Assembly (NCBI RefSeq): GCF_963921235.1
Contig: NC_086097.1
Coordinates: 166,596,001 to 166,660,000 of the forward strand
Direction of reading: 5' to 3'
From: Mobula hypostoma
Lineage: Eukaryota
DNA: 64,000 nucleotides
In this document: in pieces, positions 12,536 through 26,940 of the stretch
How the letters are laid out: every line of letters starts with the position of its first letter
Position numbering within the stretch: the stretch's first letter is position 1
Translations under genes and position numbers: made by a program
The notes under the pieces: generated by a model
Databases searched by the model: none
What the model was told of the DNA's origin: nothing
The model's input: only the letters and a program-made list of their open reading frames with translations

Positions 12536-13779
12536 TATTTGTCAAGATGGAGCAGAGTAAGTTTGTAACTCTTGCAGGAGCATAGAATTTTGTGAATGAA
12601 GTGCTGCAGGAGGGAATTGGGATGGGTGGCAGAGAAGGAGTGCCGGGGGAGGGGATGGCACTGGTGCAGTCACACCCAGCCATGAGACACCAGACAAAGT
12701 CATTTGATTCCCAACAATTTGTTTATTGATCATTACAGAATGTCTCTCTGGTGCTTTCTGCTTCCTCCCCTTTCCCAACCATGATTCCCTGGCCCCTTCC
12801 CACTCTCAGTGCACAATACAGACCCATATCAGAGTTGGGTGTATCTTCACTCATATGTCATGAATTATTTTTGCAGCATCAACATATGGTCTTCAGTCGT
12901 GCTATTAACAGGAACACTGTCATCTGTTGTGTACTTCTATCAAATAATTTCTTAATCTCCTTTAAAGAAATCAGTCCCAGGCCCTTTGATCTATCATTGT
13001 AATTATGGACTCTTTTTCCAGGAACAATTTTCATATTTCTTTTCTGGACCCTTTCTAATGCCTTTACACTTTTCCTGTGATAAAGTGTGCAAAACTGAAC
13101 ACAATAATTTAGTTTTTATGAATGTTCAGTATGACTTTCCTGTTTTCTACTTTATGCTGCAATTGATGAAGTTTGCCTTATTAAATGGTTTCTCAATTTG
13201 CCCTGCCATTTTTATTTCCTGTTTTATTTATTTACGAAACTGGCCCTTCTAACCTAATGAGCAGCAGTGCCCAGCAACCCACCTATTTTACACCAGCCTG
13301 ATCACAGGACAATTAACTTACTAACCATTATGTCTTTGGGCTGAGGAGGAAACCCACATGGTCATGCGGAGAATATACAATCTCCTTGCAGACGTAGCTG
13401 GAATTGAACTCTGATGTCTGGAACTATAATAATAGCAAGGTTTTTAATAGCAAAGAGCTTAACACTGATCCCTGGGGAACACTACTGTTCACCGTCCTTA
13501 AGCTGAAAAGGCAGCCATTTTCCTTAGCCAACTTCATATTCATGCTACCCCAGTCCCTTTCTTGCTATATGCTTCAATTTTGCTGATAAGTTTAGCCAAA
13601 AGCTTTCTGGAAATTTTGGAATGTGACAACGGACTAATATTCATCATTCCTGAATCCTCTGGCATCATGTCTGCATCCACAAAGCATTGAAGATTAAGGG
13701 CAATATCTCTGCAAGTTGTTCTCAGACTCTGCTCAGAATTCTAGGATGCATTCCATCAAGTCCTGGTCACTTTCTAATA

Positions 13780-14835
13780 CAGTGGATTCTGGCTAATTGG
13801 GCCATTGGTTAATCAGGGCAGCCACTTATTGGGATGACTCTTTCAGAACAAAAACAATTTGAGAAATAGCCAGGATTCCCTTCGTTTACTGGGGACAATG
13901 TGCCACTTAATTGGGCAGGAGAATGTTGCTTGAACATTTTCTAACTAGCATCATTCACGTGCATGTCATGTGGCAGCAGGACACTAAACCGTGCTTAAAG
14001 CGAATAGTTTTTAAATAGCCTCAGCTGCATGTGTCTGTGTTCAAAAAGCAGTGATTTTTGCCATTGATAATTGACAAGAAATAAGCAACAAGACAACTCA
14101 GAAACTGCTTTGCTCACTGTGGTTTCAAGCATTCAGACTTAGAAATGCCAGATATGGCCAAAAGTGAAACTGAAATTATTTCACTATTCAACAAGTGAGG
14201 AACTATGAAGAATATGAAGGTATTGACAATCATCTTGAATGTTACCTTTGGTCCCTACCTGTGACTCGAAGTAGCTGTTCGCATGCAGCAGCGGCCATAT
14301 CCTGGTATACCACTTTAACAGGTGAGCTAAACCAAGTAGCTGGTGGGTCTCATACCCCAATGAGATAGGGACATGCTGATCTAGTATGCAAAATCAGCTC
14401 CAGCAGACTGGGAAAATGAGATCTACATTGAGATCCAACAGCCAGGAAGGCAGTTCTGCAAAGCCACGTGGAGAGCAGAAGGGTATGATTGGGCACAGAA
14501 GTCATATCCACTGCAACCAGGGAAGGCCCAAGTTGTGCTGTCTACTTGTCCCACTGGACTTGGACTTCCAAGGTTGAGAGAGTGGAAATCCCCCAGTGCA
14601 ACGGCCTTTCCATGTTAAAAACTCTCTTGCACAGGTTTCCTGTCATTGTCTGATATGATGGACAACTACTAGTAGTATGGGTAGTGTTCCAATTTGTTTG
14701 TATTTCATTTAAATACATAATTTGTTACCCAGTTAAATTTTTTTATATACCTTTTTAACTATTTCCAAGAAATTTTGGCTTAATTGGGCCAAAATATACT
14801 GGTCTTCATGTGTCCCAATTAACTGGAATCCACCG
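13780..14835. mobile_element. Non-autonomous pogo/Tigger-like DNA transposon with a probable nested insertion (~14250-14670)
   Basis: TIRs CAGTGGATTCTGGCTAATTGGG / CCCAATTAACTGGAATCCACCG flanked by TA on both sides. Confidence 0.7.
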
Positions 14836-16289
14836 TACCTCCCAGTTTTTAACAGTCACAGTGGCAACATAAAATGATACAACACAGGAACAGATCCTTT
14901 AGTCTGCAGTGGTGTACCAAACTAATTAAGTTATTTATCAAGTGCGCAACTAAACTATTCAAGTTCAATTGTCATTCAACCAATCACATGTATACAGTTA
15001 AATGAAACAACGTTTCTCCAGAGCCGAGATGCAACACACAGAACATACAGGTGCACATAGCACGAACAGTTACAAACAAAATACCATGCTACCCTCAGTA
15101 GCATGGCCTGTATGTAGATGGATAGTGCATGGGATGAACAAGCAGCCAGCAGTTTCTCATCACGTGCTAGTGCAGCTACAGGCAAACGCAATCCGGCTTG
15201 TCTTCCACTGAGTGAACTCCAGAGAGCAGCACCGATGGGAAATGCCATCCCCCATCCCAGCAAGGAATTTAGCACACCCGCTGCACCTCTGCTTTCTTCC
15301 ACGCTGGTTTCAGACCTTCCTCTTCTGGGTGGCTGCAATAAGCAATGCTGTGGTATAAGGGCTTGGTCCCCATAACAACAGAGGACATTCAGTTCCCACG
15401 TTGTTGGTCTCACTAATGAACCAGACATGAAGTATTCAACATTACCAATGTCTAACAGAGTCTTGTGATCACAAGAAAAATACCCAAGACAATCATTTGC
15501 ACTGCTTGTTGGACCATACACTGCCTCCGATGCTTTTCCTAAGTCGCTGTAGCAGGCAATGACACAGTACTCAACAGATAAGCCTGTTCAGCAATGGATC
15601 GTGAGCTGGACCTGCAGTACTTGCTGTTCTTAATATCCAGCCGTGTCTTGTGATCATAAGGAAGACATAAAGGATGAACAAATATACCAGTTCTTTAGGT
15701 AAGATAGCGACCAAGTGTGCCGCCATCTTACCTAAAGAACTAATCTCTCCTGCTTGTATTACTTCCATATCCTTCCATCTCCTGCACATTCACGTGTTTG
15801 TCTAAGAGCCTCTTGTAACACCTCTATCATATTTGCTTCTGCTGCCACCCCAGGCAGCACATTTTAGACGCCAACCACTCTCTGTAAAAAATAAATAAAT
15901 AAATAAATAAATTTAAATAATTCTTGTCCCCCACACCTCCTTTGAAGTTGCCCTCTCTCACTTTACTGCATGCCCTCTAGTATTAGACATTTCAACCCTG
16001 AGACAAAGATATTGGCTGTCTACTCTTTCTGTGCCTCTCATAATCTTATAAACCTTTCTTCAAATCTCCCTCAGCCTCCACCACTCGAGAAAGAAACAAC
16101 CCGAGTTTGTCCAACCTTTTTATAGTACATACACTCTAATCCAGATCTCTTCTGCACCATCTCCAAAGCCTTGGAGAGGCTCTTCTTATTATATTCTTCC
16201 TATAATGGGTGATCAGAACTGAATGCAGTACGCCAGATATGGCATAACTAGAGTTTTATAAAACTGCAGCATAGCTTCCGATCTCTTGG

Positions 16290-17160
16290 AGGTGTTGTGG
16301 ATAGTGTGGAGGGCTATCAGTGCAGTGGGACAGTGATAGGATGCAAAACTGGGCTGAGAAGTGGCAGATGGAGTTCAACCCAGATAAGTGTGAGGTGGTT
16401 CATTTTGGTAGGTCAAATATGATGACAGAATATAGATTTAATGGTAAGCCTCTTGGCAGTGTGGAGGATCAGAGGGATCTTGGGGTCCGAGTCCATAGGA
16501 CACTCAAGTCTGCTGCGCAGGTTGATTCTGTGGTTAAGAAAGCATATGGTGCATTGGCCTTCATCAATCGTGGGATTGAGTTTAGGAGCCGAGAGGTAAT
16601 GTTGCAGCTATATAGGGCCCTGGTCAGACCCCACTTGGAGTTCTGGTCTCCTCACTATTGGAAGGATGTGGAAGCCATAGAAAGGTTGCAGAGGAGATTT
16701 ACAAGGATGTTGCCTGGATTGGGGAGCATGCGATATGAGAATAGGTTGAGTGAACTCTGCCTTTTTTTCTTGGAGCAATGGAGGATGAGAGGTGACCTGA
16801 TGGAGGTGTATAAGATGATGAGAAGCATTGATCGTGTGGATAGTCAGAGGCTTTTTCCTTGGGCTGAAATGGCTAGCACGAGAGGGCACAGTTTTAAGGT
16901 GTTTGGAAGTAGGTACAGAGGAGATATCGCGTAAGTTTTTTATGCAGAGAGTGGTAAGTGCGTGGAATGGGCTGCTGGCGACGGTGGTGGAGGCGGATAT
17001 GATAGGGTCTTTTAAGAGACTCCTGGACAGGTATATGGAGCTCAGAAAAATAGAGGGCTGTGGGTAACCCTAGGTAATTTCTCAGGTAAGGACATGTTTG
17101 GCACAGCTTTGTGGGCCAAAAGGTCTGTATTGTACTGTAGGTATTCTATGTTTATATGTT
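16290..17160 (+). mobile_element. CR1 LINE 3' fragment inserted into an older minus-strand CR1 (pieces ~15740-16290, 17160-17660, 18250-18700)
   Basis: ORF WAEKWQMEFNPDKCEVVHFG..RDLGV..LYRALVRPHLE..RGDLMEVYK; ends in ttctatgtt-type tail. Confidence 0.9.
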
Positions 17161-17660
17161 TCTTGAACTCAATTCTTTGACTAGTAATGGCAAATATACC
17201 GTATGGCTGCTTTACCGTTTGTACCATTACCATGGCTGCTTTACAGTTCCTTCAGTCTGTGGAGTCACTTTCAGGGAGCTATGGACTTGAATCCTAAGTT
17301 TCCTCTGCACGTCAACACTGTTAAGGGTCTTGGCAAACAGTGTATGCTTGATCTCCCAAAGTGCAGTACTTTAAATTTGGCTGGGTTAAACTCCATCTGT
17401 CATTTCTCAGCCCATAACTGCAACTGATCTATATCTTGCTGTATCCTTTGCCAGTCTTCTACATTATCCACTACATCACCCGTCTTTGTACCATCTGCAA
17501 GCTTACTAACCTACTCATCCATGTTTTCATCCAAATCATTTATATAAATTACAAACAGCAGAGGTCCCAGTACATCACCAGTCATGAATCTCCAACCACA
17601 ATAAGCCCCATACATCACTATCATCTCTCTACTATGGGAAAGCCAATTCTGAATCTGAAT

Positions 17661-18239
17661 ACAAGCAACACACATCAAAGTTGCTGGTGAACGCAGCAGG
17701 CCAGGCAGCATCTATAGGAAGAGGTTCAGTCGACGTTTCAGGCCGAGACCCTTCGTCAGGACTAACTGAAGGAAGAGTGAGTAAGGGATTTGAAAGTTGG
17801 AGGGGGAGGGGGAGATCCAAAATGATAGGAGAAGACAGGAGGGGGAGGGATAGAGCCAAGAGCTGGACAGGTGATAGGCAAAAGGGGATACGAGAGGATC
17901 ATGGGACAGGAGGTCTGGGAAGAAAGACAGGGGGGGGGCCCAGAGGATGGGCAAGAGGTATATTCAGAGGGACAGAGGGAGAAAAAGGAGAGAGAGAGAA
18001 AGAATGTGCGCATAAAAATAAGTAACAGATGGGGTACGAGGGGGAGGTGGGGCCTTAGCGGAAGTTAGAGAAGTCGATGTTCATGCCATCAGGTTGGAGG
18101 CTACCCAGACGGAATATAAGGTGTTGTTCCTCCAACCTGAGTGTGGCTTCATCTTTACAGTAGAGGAGGCCGTGGATAGACATGTCAGAATGGGAATGGG
18201 ATATGGAATTAAAATGTGTGGCCACTGGGAGATCCTGCT
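17661..18239 (-). mobile_element. 5'-truncated Penelope-like element (GIY-YIG C-terminus + 3' terminal repeat)
   Basis: Minus frame 18240-18055 reads KQDLPVATHFNSISHSHSDMSIHGLLYCKDEATLRLEEQHLIFRLGSLQPDGMNIDFSNFR*; 14-bp TSD TTCTGAATCTGAAT at 17647-17660 and 18240-18253. Confidence 0.88.
17728..17763 (-). ncRNA. Minimal type I hammerhead ribozyme motif
   Basis: Minus strand AGTC-CTGACGA-A-GGG(tctcgg)CCT-GAA-ACGT-C-GACT; intact core, 4-bp stem I. Confidence 0.72.
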
Positions 18240-19939
18240 TTCTGAATCTGAATGGTCAATTCACTGTGGATCTCATGCATTTTAATCTTTTGGATGAGCC
18301 TTCCATGATGAACCCTTACAGGTGCCTTACTAAAATCCATGTAGAGGACATCCACAAATCAACTTTGATCACCTCTCTAAAAAAGTCAAGCTAGGAAGCG
18401 ATGACTTGTCCCGTTCAAAGTCATAATGACTGTTCCTAATTAGGCCATTGTTTTCCAATTGCTCATAAATCCATTCCCTGGGAATCCTCTCTAGTAACTG
18501 CCCTACCTCTAACATGAGAATCACCAGTTCCAGGATTTTTCCTATTTCATTTCTTGCATTATGGAACACTATTAGCTCTTTGCCAATCTGCTGAGATCTC
18601 ACCTGCTTCACTCTTAATGTGGCCCCTTTCAGCACCCTTTGTACTGATGAAGACAGATACAAAGAATCTTTTAGTACCTTATTGGTAGCCTCAGCATCCA
18701 GGTACAATTTACCATTTTTTGTACTTGATACTTTATACTTTATTGGCTTTAATAGGCCTCATTCCTCCACTTTTTTGTTGTTAAGTTTCTAGAAAATTTA
18801 TGCCAGTGGGTTTGAAAATATTGAGTAGCATATTAGGAAGATTTCCCTGTTTTTCAAAAGTGTGCCTACCATGTGAATCTGATAGGCCAGGCCTTGATTT
18901 AAACAGTAACATGTTATCCTTATTTGTCACATGTACATTGAAACATTCAGTGAAATAAGTTGTTTGCGTTAACAACCAACACAGTCCAAGGATGTGCTGA
19001 GGCCAGCCCACAAATGTTGCCATTGTTGGATCCATCTGTTGGTCATTTTCTTTGCTTGTATTTTAAGTAATCACTACATGCATAAGTTTAATACGTCTCT
19101 TGTAGCTACACAAAGTATAATTCTGGAAAGCCACATACACAAACGGCTTGGAGGAACACAGCAGGTCAGGCTTTGGCTTTCCAGCATCTGCAGAATTTCT
19201 TGTTTAGAATTCTGGAAATTTCTGGAAGCTCTGCATTGAGTGAATACTCATTGGTTTTTCTCATTGGTTAATTTTTTACTGCAGTATACTGCAGTATTGA
19301 CTAAGTACTTTATAATAGGCTTATTGTCATGAAGTAGAATGGAATTTTCCTCATCTTTATTCTTGAATTGTAACTTTCCCCGTCACTGTCCACTCAGTTT
19401 CCTCTGTTCTATCAGCTCTTAACAAAATGACCATAAAGCAACAAGTTTTGTGCCTTGTTCCCAACTTCTAAAAGAGACTTGGATTTAAACACCAGAATCC
19501 AACAATTTTGGTGGAATTGGCAGGATATTCTGAAGTTAAAAATTTGTTATGCTCAAAGACAAAAAAGGGGGAATTTTTAGCACACAATAAAAAGGAGCAA
19601 AAACTTCCTCTGTTCTTCAGTTGTCTGGGGGAGGGGGAGTTCTGGTTTAGAATATCAGATGGAAATCAGGATTGAGGACTGCTGCATTGCTATTTAAAAG
19701 AGAAACAGCTGTGGAAATTTTGGTTACAATCTATTTTGGTTGCATAGTGATCTGTTTTTGGTACCTGGTGAAAATAGTGGTTGTGCAATCTGTTTTCTCG
19801 TGATCTATTTAGTTGCTGGATGAATTTATGGTTGTTGAATCAACCTATGTGGTTGTGATCTATTTAGTATTTGATTACAATCTATTAATATTTTGAGAAC
19901 TCGGTCAAAGTGATTAAAGTACATCAAGACAATGGCCAA

Positions 19940-20630
19940 AGTTCTGGCAGCCAACCAGAAAAGGCCCCTTTTATTCCCACTTGCTACCTCCTGCCTATCA
20001 GCCATTCCTCGATCTGTACTAGTATATATCCTGTAACACCATAGGATTTTATGTGAGGCACCTTATCAAATGCTTTATGAAAATCTTAAGTAAGTGACAT
20101 TGACTGCCTCTCCTTTGTCCACCCTGCTTGTTACATCTTCAAAGAATTCTAACAGATTTGTCAGGCAAGATTTCCCTTTACAGAAGCCATGCTGACTTTG
20201 AGTCAGTTTATCATTAATCTCCAAGTACCCTGAAACCCCATCCTTAATAGTGGACTCCAACACTCTCCCAACAACTGTCTTCCTCTCTTCTGAAAGAGTG
20301 GGTGACATTTGCAATTTTCCAGTCCTCCAGGATCCGGGATCAAGTGATTCTTGAAAGATCATGACCAATGTATCCTTTATCTCTTCAGCATCCTCTTTTA
20401 GGACTCTGAGATGTCTGGTCCAGACCTTACGATTTGCCTAGTACTTTTTTCCTTTATAATAGCCCTGACGTTCACGGACTTCTGGCATACAGCTAATATC
20501 TTCCACAGTGAAGACTGAAGTTCATCTGCCATTTCTTTGTCCCCCATTACTACCTCACCAGCATGATTTTCCAGTGGTCCATTATCAACTCTCATCTCCA
20601 TTTATTCTTTATATAACTGAATAAACTTTA
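19940..20630 (-). mobile_element. Old CR1 RT fragment nested in the ERV
   Basis: [33 protein letters not shown]. Confidence 0.8.
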
Positions 20631-21879
20631 TTAAGAAAAAAATGACCTGTATGAAGTTTGGGAAAAAAATGGCTGCTATTGATTTAGAGATAAAACAGTG
20701 TTGTCAATTTGATTGAACATGCAAATGATTGAAAGAGCTAGAAGTGAGTAAAGTCTTTTACTAATTGAATGAACATGAAACTTGTGATAAGCTACAAAAA
20801 CAGCATGATACGAGACAGTAAAAACTAAAGAGCAAATCTTTGCATTAATTGAACAAGCAAAAGAATAACACAGTAATTCAATCTACGTAGAGTATGTGCA
20901 ACGTATTGAGTTTTAAAGCAAACTAAAACAAAATGGAAAAGTGCAGCCGTGATTTCAAGTGGGCAGTTCTGCTGGTGACACTACTGCTGGTGCTCCGTCC
21001 TGGGAAACACCTGCTTCTGTACCTACACTGGAGGAATTATGGCTCACATTGAACCGTCTTCCTATATGGTGCCACCATCCGAACCCTGGAGAATTATAGC
21101 CTACATCGGACAGTCCTCCAAGTCACCGACACCATTTGAACTCTGCAGGATTACAGGATGGACATGACATGGACTCTGCAATGGGCCTTAGTGATTCAAG
21201 TTAGAATGACAGTGATGGAACAGTAAGATTGATGGCTCTGTCACAGCTTGTTCCAATAAAGACCAAGGGAGTGAGGAGACACAGGACTGAAGATGAAACA
21301 ATCGTTAATGAATATATTGACAAGCTAGTGGTAAATCCATCGACTAATGCTCAATCACTCAATAATCTGCTAAAGGACAGTAAGTACTCTGACAACCTTG
21401 TGACTCAATGAGGAACAGCTGAAAGTCTTTCAAACTTCAAAGGTGACAATTGTGTATCAGCTGCATTAAGAATCCTGATGCAGGTAAATCATTTACCCTG
21501 CATGTCAACGAGAAACACATGAGAGCAGTTTTAATTCAAGAACATGCTCTTATTATTCTCCCTAAAATGATGGCGGCTCAATGATTGAGAAAGGAATTCT
21601 AACGGCTGTTTCTGGAACTGAAATTCTGGCATTAGGAAATACACCTCCTGGTACCGCCAGAACAGGCAGGACTGAAAACTTCGAATGAAGTCTGTAAGTT
21701 GGTAGAGGGAAGATAAGCTAATATCTACACTGATCAGCACAAATCGAATGAATGAATGGAACTATCAGATAATGATTGACTAAGTATCATGAGGGAGCAT
21801 ACTGTGGTCTACAGGTCTTCCTTTGTTCTTATGTAACAACAGAGCAACCCCAAACAAGAAAACGAGACCAAGTCCATTC

Positions 21880-22421
21880 TTTCTTTCTTTATCAATCTTT
21901 TAATTAATTTTAAAAAAAGTACATATATAAAAACAAGAGGATTATCTCAGATAGCTATATTGATAATAATACATATAAAAGGTAAAATAAGCATTATCAA
22001 AATCATACATAGTATTAATCTAATAGTATATAATAAAAAAGATAATCAATTCTCTTAGCATTTCATAAGAAAAAATAAAGAAACTTTTATAATTTTTATA
22101 TATATAAAAAATCCCACTCTTCTCTATAAACAAAAAATAATTTAAAAAAAAAGAAAAAAATGGGGGACTGGGCAGCCCAAATTGAGAGTAAAAGCAAGAA
22201 AAAAGAAAAACTTACTGATCAAATCCAAAGTTTCGAGAAAGTAACTGGAAGAGCAATAAATCAAACCATATGAAAATATTGAATAAAAGGTTGCCAGGTT
22301 TGTTCAAATTTAAAGGATGTATCAAATGTCTGACTTCTTATTTTTTCTAAACTTAGACAGGACATAATGGAGGGAAGCCAAAAAAAAACCAGTAGGTGGA
22401 TTAGAGTCCTTCCATTTAAGA
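21880..22421 (-). mobile_element. L1/Tx1-like 3' fragment nested in the ERV
   Basis: 13-bp TSD ACCAAGTCCATTC (21867-21879, 22422-22434); ORF end CLSLEKIR...KFEQTWQPFIQYF like an L1/Tx1 ORF2 C-terminus; (AAAG)n tail. Confidence 0.72.
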
Positions 22422-23579
22422 ACCAAGTCCATTCGATTTGGTAACAGGACGTCCTAAATCTCAGAGAGGCTGATATATACATTATGGCGGACAGTTCAGT
22501 TAACTATTGTGTGAAATTAACCCAAGCTGGCCAGGCTGCTTCTCAACAGTTTTCTGCCACTTGGGAAGACCCAACAGAATGAGGACACACCTTGATTCCT
22601 GGCAAGTGAGTCCTGATTAAGAAACTGCATAAGGAACCACTGGGAGCTGGATGGGAAAAACGTTATCATGCTGTTAATTACCAACTCAGTGTTGAAAGTA
22701 GAAGATAAAAGTAACTAGATACACATCAGCCACTGCAAGTGAGCTAAAATGGAATTTACAAAGGACAATAAGTGCTGTGGTTAATGTGCTAGTAACCTCT
22801 GTCACATTGCGTACCCTGCTGGGCTACAGTGAACAAATCACTAATGAGCCAGAAGATTTCAAGCAAGCCTATAGTTACTGAACTTTATGAAGTTGATTCT
22901 AATATTATTTGTTATATTTTTGCCAATTTCCGCACTCATAATGTGCTAGTTGACATGACTCAAATGTATGCTTGTATAATTGATGATCAGAAATACTACA
23001 CTTCAACAAAGCTCCTGTCAAGTAATAAGAAATGGTCTAAGTTCGTTGAACAATACGTACTTTATGTGCAGAGAGAGTACACCTCTCTTCCATGTAATTG
23101 GTTAGGATCTTGTTAATTTAGGGTATGGTTTTCCTGCCATGAGACACACACACACCTTGCCTTTACCTCCTGAGTCTAGAAGTAAATGAAGCATTTCGGA
23201 AGGAGATTTTTTTGCATCAATTTTATTCCTGTTTTGTGTTGTGAGGAGTATAAGAGATTAAAAATGTTGCTGCAGCCTAAGAAAGGAAGCAATGATGCTG
23301 CTGAAGCTTTGGGAAAGGTAACAACGGAAATGATTGTCATGCATAAAATGGTTCGTCAAAATTGTATGGTATTAAGATCTTCTCTTAGAAGTTAAGGGGG
23401 TGGGGAAAAACGTACAGTTATAGGCAAGGAGTGTATACATATCTGATGAGTCTGAAGACATAACTAATTTGGCTGATCATATTCATAAGAATCTGCTAAA
23501 TGCATCAATTGGATGTATGGGATTTCTTTGATTAAATTCATTAAGACTTGGAATGGGGGGGTTACTCAATATAATTCTA

Positions 23580-26500
23580 TTGGGAGAAGTGCGCAGACGT
23601 AGTAGCTCGTAATCGTGCAAGGTTGCTGAGAAGATTTAAAAAGCGATGAGCTTCTTTCAGCGGGAGATTCGATTGGGCTAAGTGCACAGACACAGTAGTT
23701 TATCATCACACAAGGCTGAGAAGGCTCTGGGATAAAAGGGAGACACTGCCTAGCGGAGCGGTCGTTAAAGAAGCGTGAGTCAGAGTGGTAGGGCTTTGGT
23801 GAGGACAGGCGAGGTAAGTTAGGAGGGAAGCTGAGGAGGAGGACTTTAAGGATAGTAATCTCAGGATTAGAAAAAGGACAGGATGCATTTGAATCTGAGG
23901 GGGACCAACATCCTGGCAGGGAGGTTTGCTAATGCTATTGGGGAGGGTTTAAATTAGATTTGCAGGGGGATGGGAACCAAAGTGAAAGTGAAGAGGCAGA
24001 GAATGGGGCAGCTGGCGTGCAAGTAGAGATATCTTGGTTGGGGCAACTGTAACGAAAATCAATTTCCCTCGGGATCAATAAAGTATGACTGTGACTATAG
24101 CTTGTAGGGAGTTTGTGAGGAAAATATAGGCAGATGATAGAACAAAGATGCACTCAGCCTATTGATTTGAGATGTGTGTTTTAATGCACGGAGTATCATA
24201 AACAATCTGGATGAACTTACAGTGTGGATCAATACGTGGGACTATGACATTGTGTCCATTACAGAGACTTTGATATCTGGGCAGGATTGGCTGCTGAGTG
24301 TTGAGGATTTAGATGTTTCAAAAAGAACAGGGAGGGAGCAAAAGAGGTGGGGGTGTAGCAGTGCTAATCAGGGATAGTGTCATAGCTGAGGAAGTCATGG
24401 ACGGGTTATCTACTGAGTCAGGATGCAAGGAAGTCAGAAACAGGAAGGGGGTAATAACTCCACTTAGTGATTTTTTTCGTCTCCCTCCGTAGTAACAGGG
24501 ACATCAAAGGGCATATTCTGGAACAGTGCAATAAAAATAGGGTTGTTGTGATGGGAGATTTTAACTTTCCTAATGTTGACTGGCATCTCTTAGAGCAAGG
24601 GGTTTAGATGGGGTGAACTTTGTAAGGTGTGTTCAGGAAGGTTTCCTGATGCAGTATAAAGATAAGCCATCTAGAGGAGAGGGTGTACTTGATCTGGTAT
24701 TGGGATATGAACTGGTCAGTTGATCTCTCAGTGGGAGAGCATTCTGGATGTAGTGATCACAACTCTATCTCCTTTACCATAGTGCTGGAGAGGGATAGGA
24801 GCAGATAATTTCGGAAAACATTTAATTGGGATAGAGGGAAATATGCTGTTAGGCAGGAACTTGGGAGCATAAATTGGGAGCAGATGTTCTCAGGGAAATG
24901 CACAGCAGAAATATGGCATTCTGCGTAGGCATGTTCCTTTGAGGCAGGGAAAAGTTGGTAGGGTTAAACAGCTATGGTGTACAAAGAATGTGGAAAATCT
25001 CGTTAAGAACAGAAGAAAAGAAAAGCTTATGAAAGGTTCAAGAAATGAGGTACTGATAGAATTCCAGAAAATTTGGAAGGTTGCTAGGAAGGAGCTTAAG
25101 ACTGAAATTAGGAGAGCTTGAAGCAGCCATGAGAAAATCTTGGTGATCAGGCTTAAGGAAAACCCCAAGGCATTCTACAAATGTGAAGAGCAAGAGGATG
25201 AGCTGTGTGAGAATAGGACCAATCCCGTGCAATAGTGGAAATATATGCATGGTGTTGGAGGAGGTAGCGGAGTTACTTAATGAATACTTTGCTTCAGTAT
25301 TCACCAGGGACAAAGACCTTGGCAATTGTGGGGATGACTTACAGTGGACTGAAATGCTTGACCATATAGACATTAAGAAAGAGGATGTGCAGGAGCTTTT
25401 GAAAAGCATTAAGTTAGATAAGTCACCGGGACTGAATGAGATATACGCCAGGCTACTGTGGGAAGCAAGGGAGGAGATTGCTGAGCATCTGGCGATGATC
25501 TTTGCATCATCAATCGGAGCGGGAGAAGTACCGGAGGGTTGGAGGGTTGCAAATGTTGTTTCCTTGTTCAAGAAAGGGAGTAAAGATAACCCAGGAAATT
25601 ATAGACTAGTGAGTCTTACTTCAGTGGTGGGCCAGTTGTTGGAGAAGATCCTGAGAGGCAGGATTTATGGGCACTTGGAAAGACATAACCAGATTAGGAT
25701 AGTCAGCATGACATTGTCAAGGGCAGGTCATGCCTTACGAGCCTGATTGAATTCTTTGAGGATGTAACGAAGCACTTTGAAGATAGAGCAGTGGATGTAG
25801 TGTATATGGATTTCAGTAAGGCATTTGATAAAGTTCCCCACGGAACGTAAGGAGAGTAAGGAGGCATGGGTTCCAAGGAGACTTGCTTTGTGGATTCAGA
25901 ATTGACTTGCCCACAGAAGGCAAAGGATGGTTGTAGGAGGTTGGTATTCTGCATGGAGGTCAGTGACCAGTGGTGTTCCACAGGATCTGTTCTGGGACCC
26001 CTCCTTTTTGTGATTTTTATAAATGACCTGGATGAAGAAGTAGAAGGGTAGGTTAGTAAGTTTACTGATGACTTAAAGATTGGGGGTGTTGTGGATAGAG
26101 TGGAGGGCTGTCAGAGGTTACAGTGGGACATCGATAGGATGCAGAACTGGGTTGAGATGTGGCAGATGGAGTTCAACTTAGATAAGTGTGAACTGGTTCA
26201 TTTTGATAGGGCAACTTTGAAGACAGAATATAGTATTAATGTCAGTGTGGAGGATCAGAGAGATCTTGGGGTCCATGTCCATACGATACTCAAAGCTGCT
26301 GCGCAGGTTAACAGTGTTGTTAAGGAGTATGGTGTGTTGGTATTCATCACCTGTGGGATTGGGTTCAAGAGCCGTGAGGTAATATAAGACCTTGGTCAGA
26401 CCCCACTTGGAGTACTGTGGTCAGTTCTGGTCACTTCACTACAGGAAGGATGTGGATACTATAGAAAGAGTGCAGAAAAGGTTTACAAGGATGTTGCTTT

Positions 26501-26940
26501 GATTGGAGAGCATGCTTTATGAGAATAGGTTGAGTGAACTTGGCCTTTTCTCCTTAGAACAATGGAGGATGAGAGGTGACCTGATAGAGGTGTGTAAGAT
26601 GATGAGAGGCATTGATCATGTGGATAGCCAGAGGCTACAATGGCTAACATGAGGGTACATAGTTTAGGTGCTTGGGGGTAGGTACAAAGGGGATGTCAGG
26701 AGTAAGTTTTTCACACAGAGTGGTGGGTATGTGGAATGCAGTGCCAGCAATAGTGGTGGAGGTGGATGCAAATAAGGCCTTTTAAGAGACTCTTAGATAG
26801 GTACATGGAGCTTAGAAAAATAGAGGGCTATGTGGTAGGGTAATTCTAAGCAGTTTCTAGAGTAGGTTACATGGTTGGCACAACATTGTGGGCCAAAGGG
26901 CCTGTAATGAGCTGTAGATATCTATATTCTATGTTCTATT
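23580..26940 (+). mobile_element. Near full-length degraded CR1 LINE nested in the ERV env region
   Basis: FNARSIINN (AP endonuclease), KSPG..IY.RLL, PGNYRLVSLTSVVG, GSVLGPLLFVIFINDLD, WQMEFN; tail ttctatgttctat. Confidence 0.9.
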
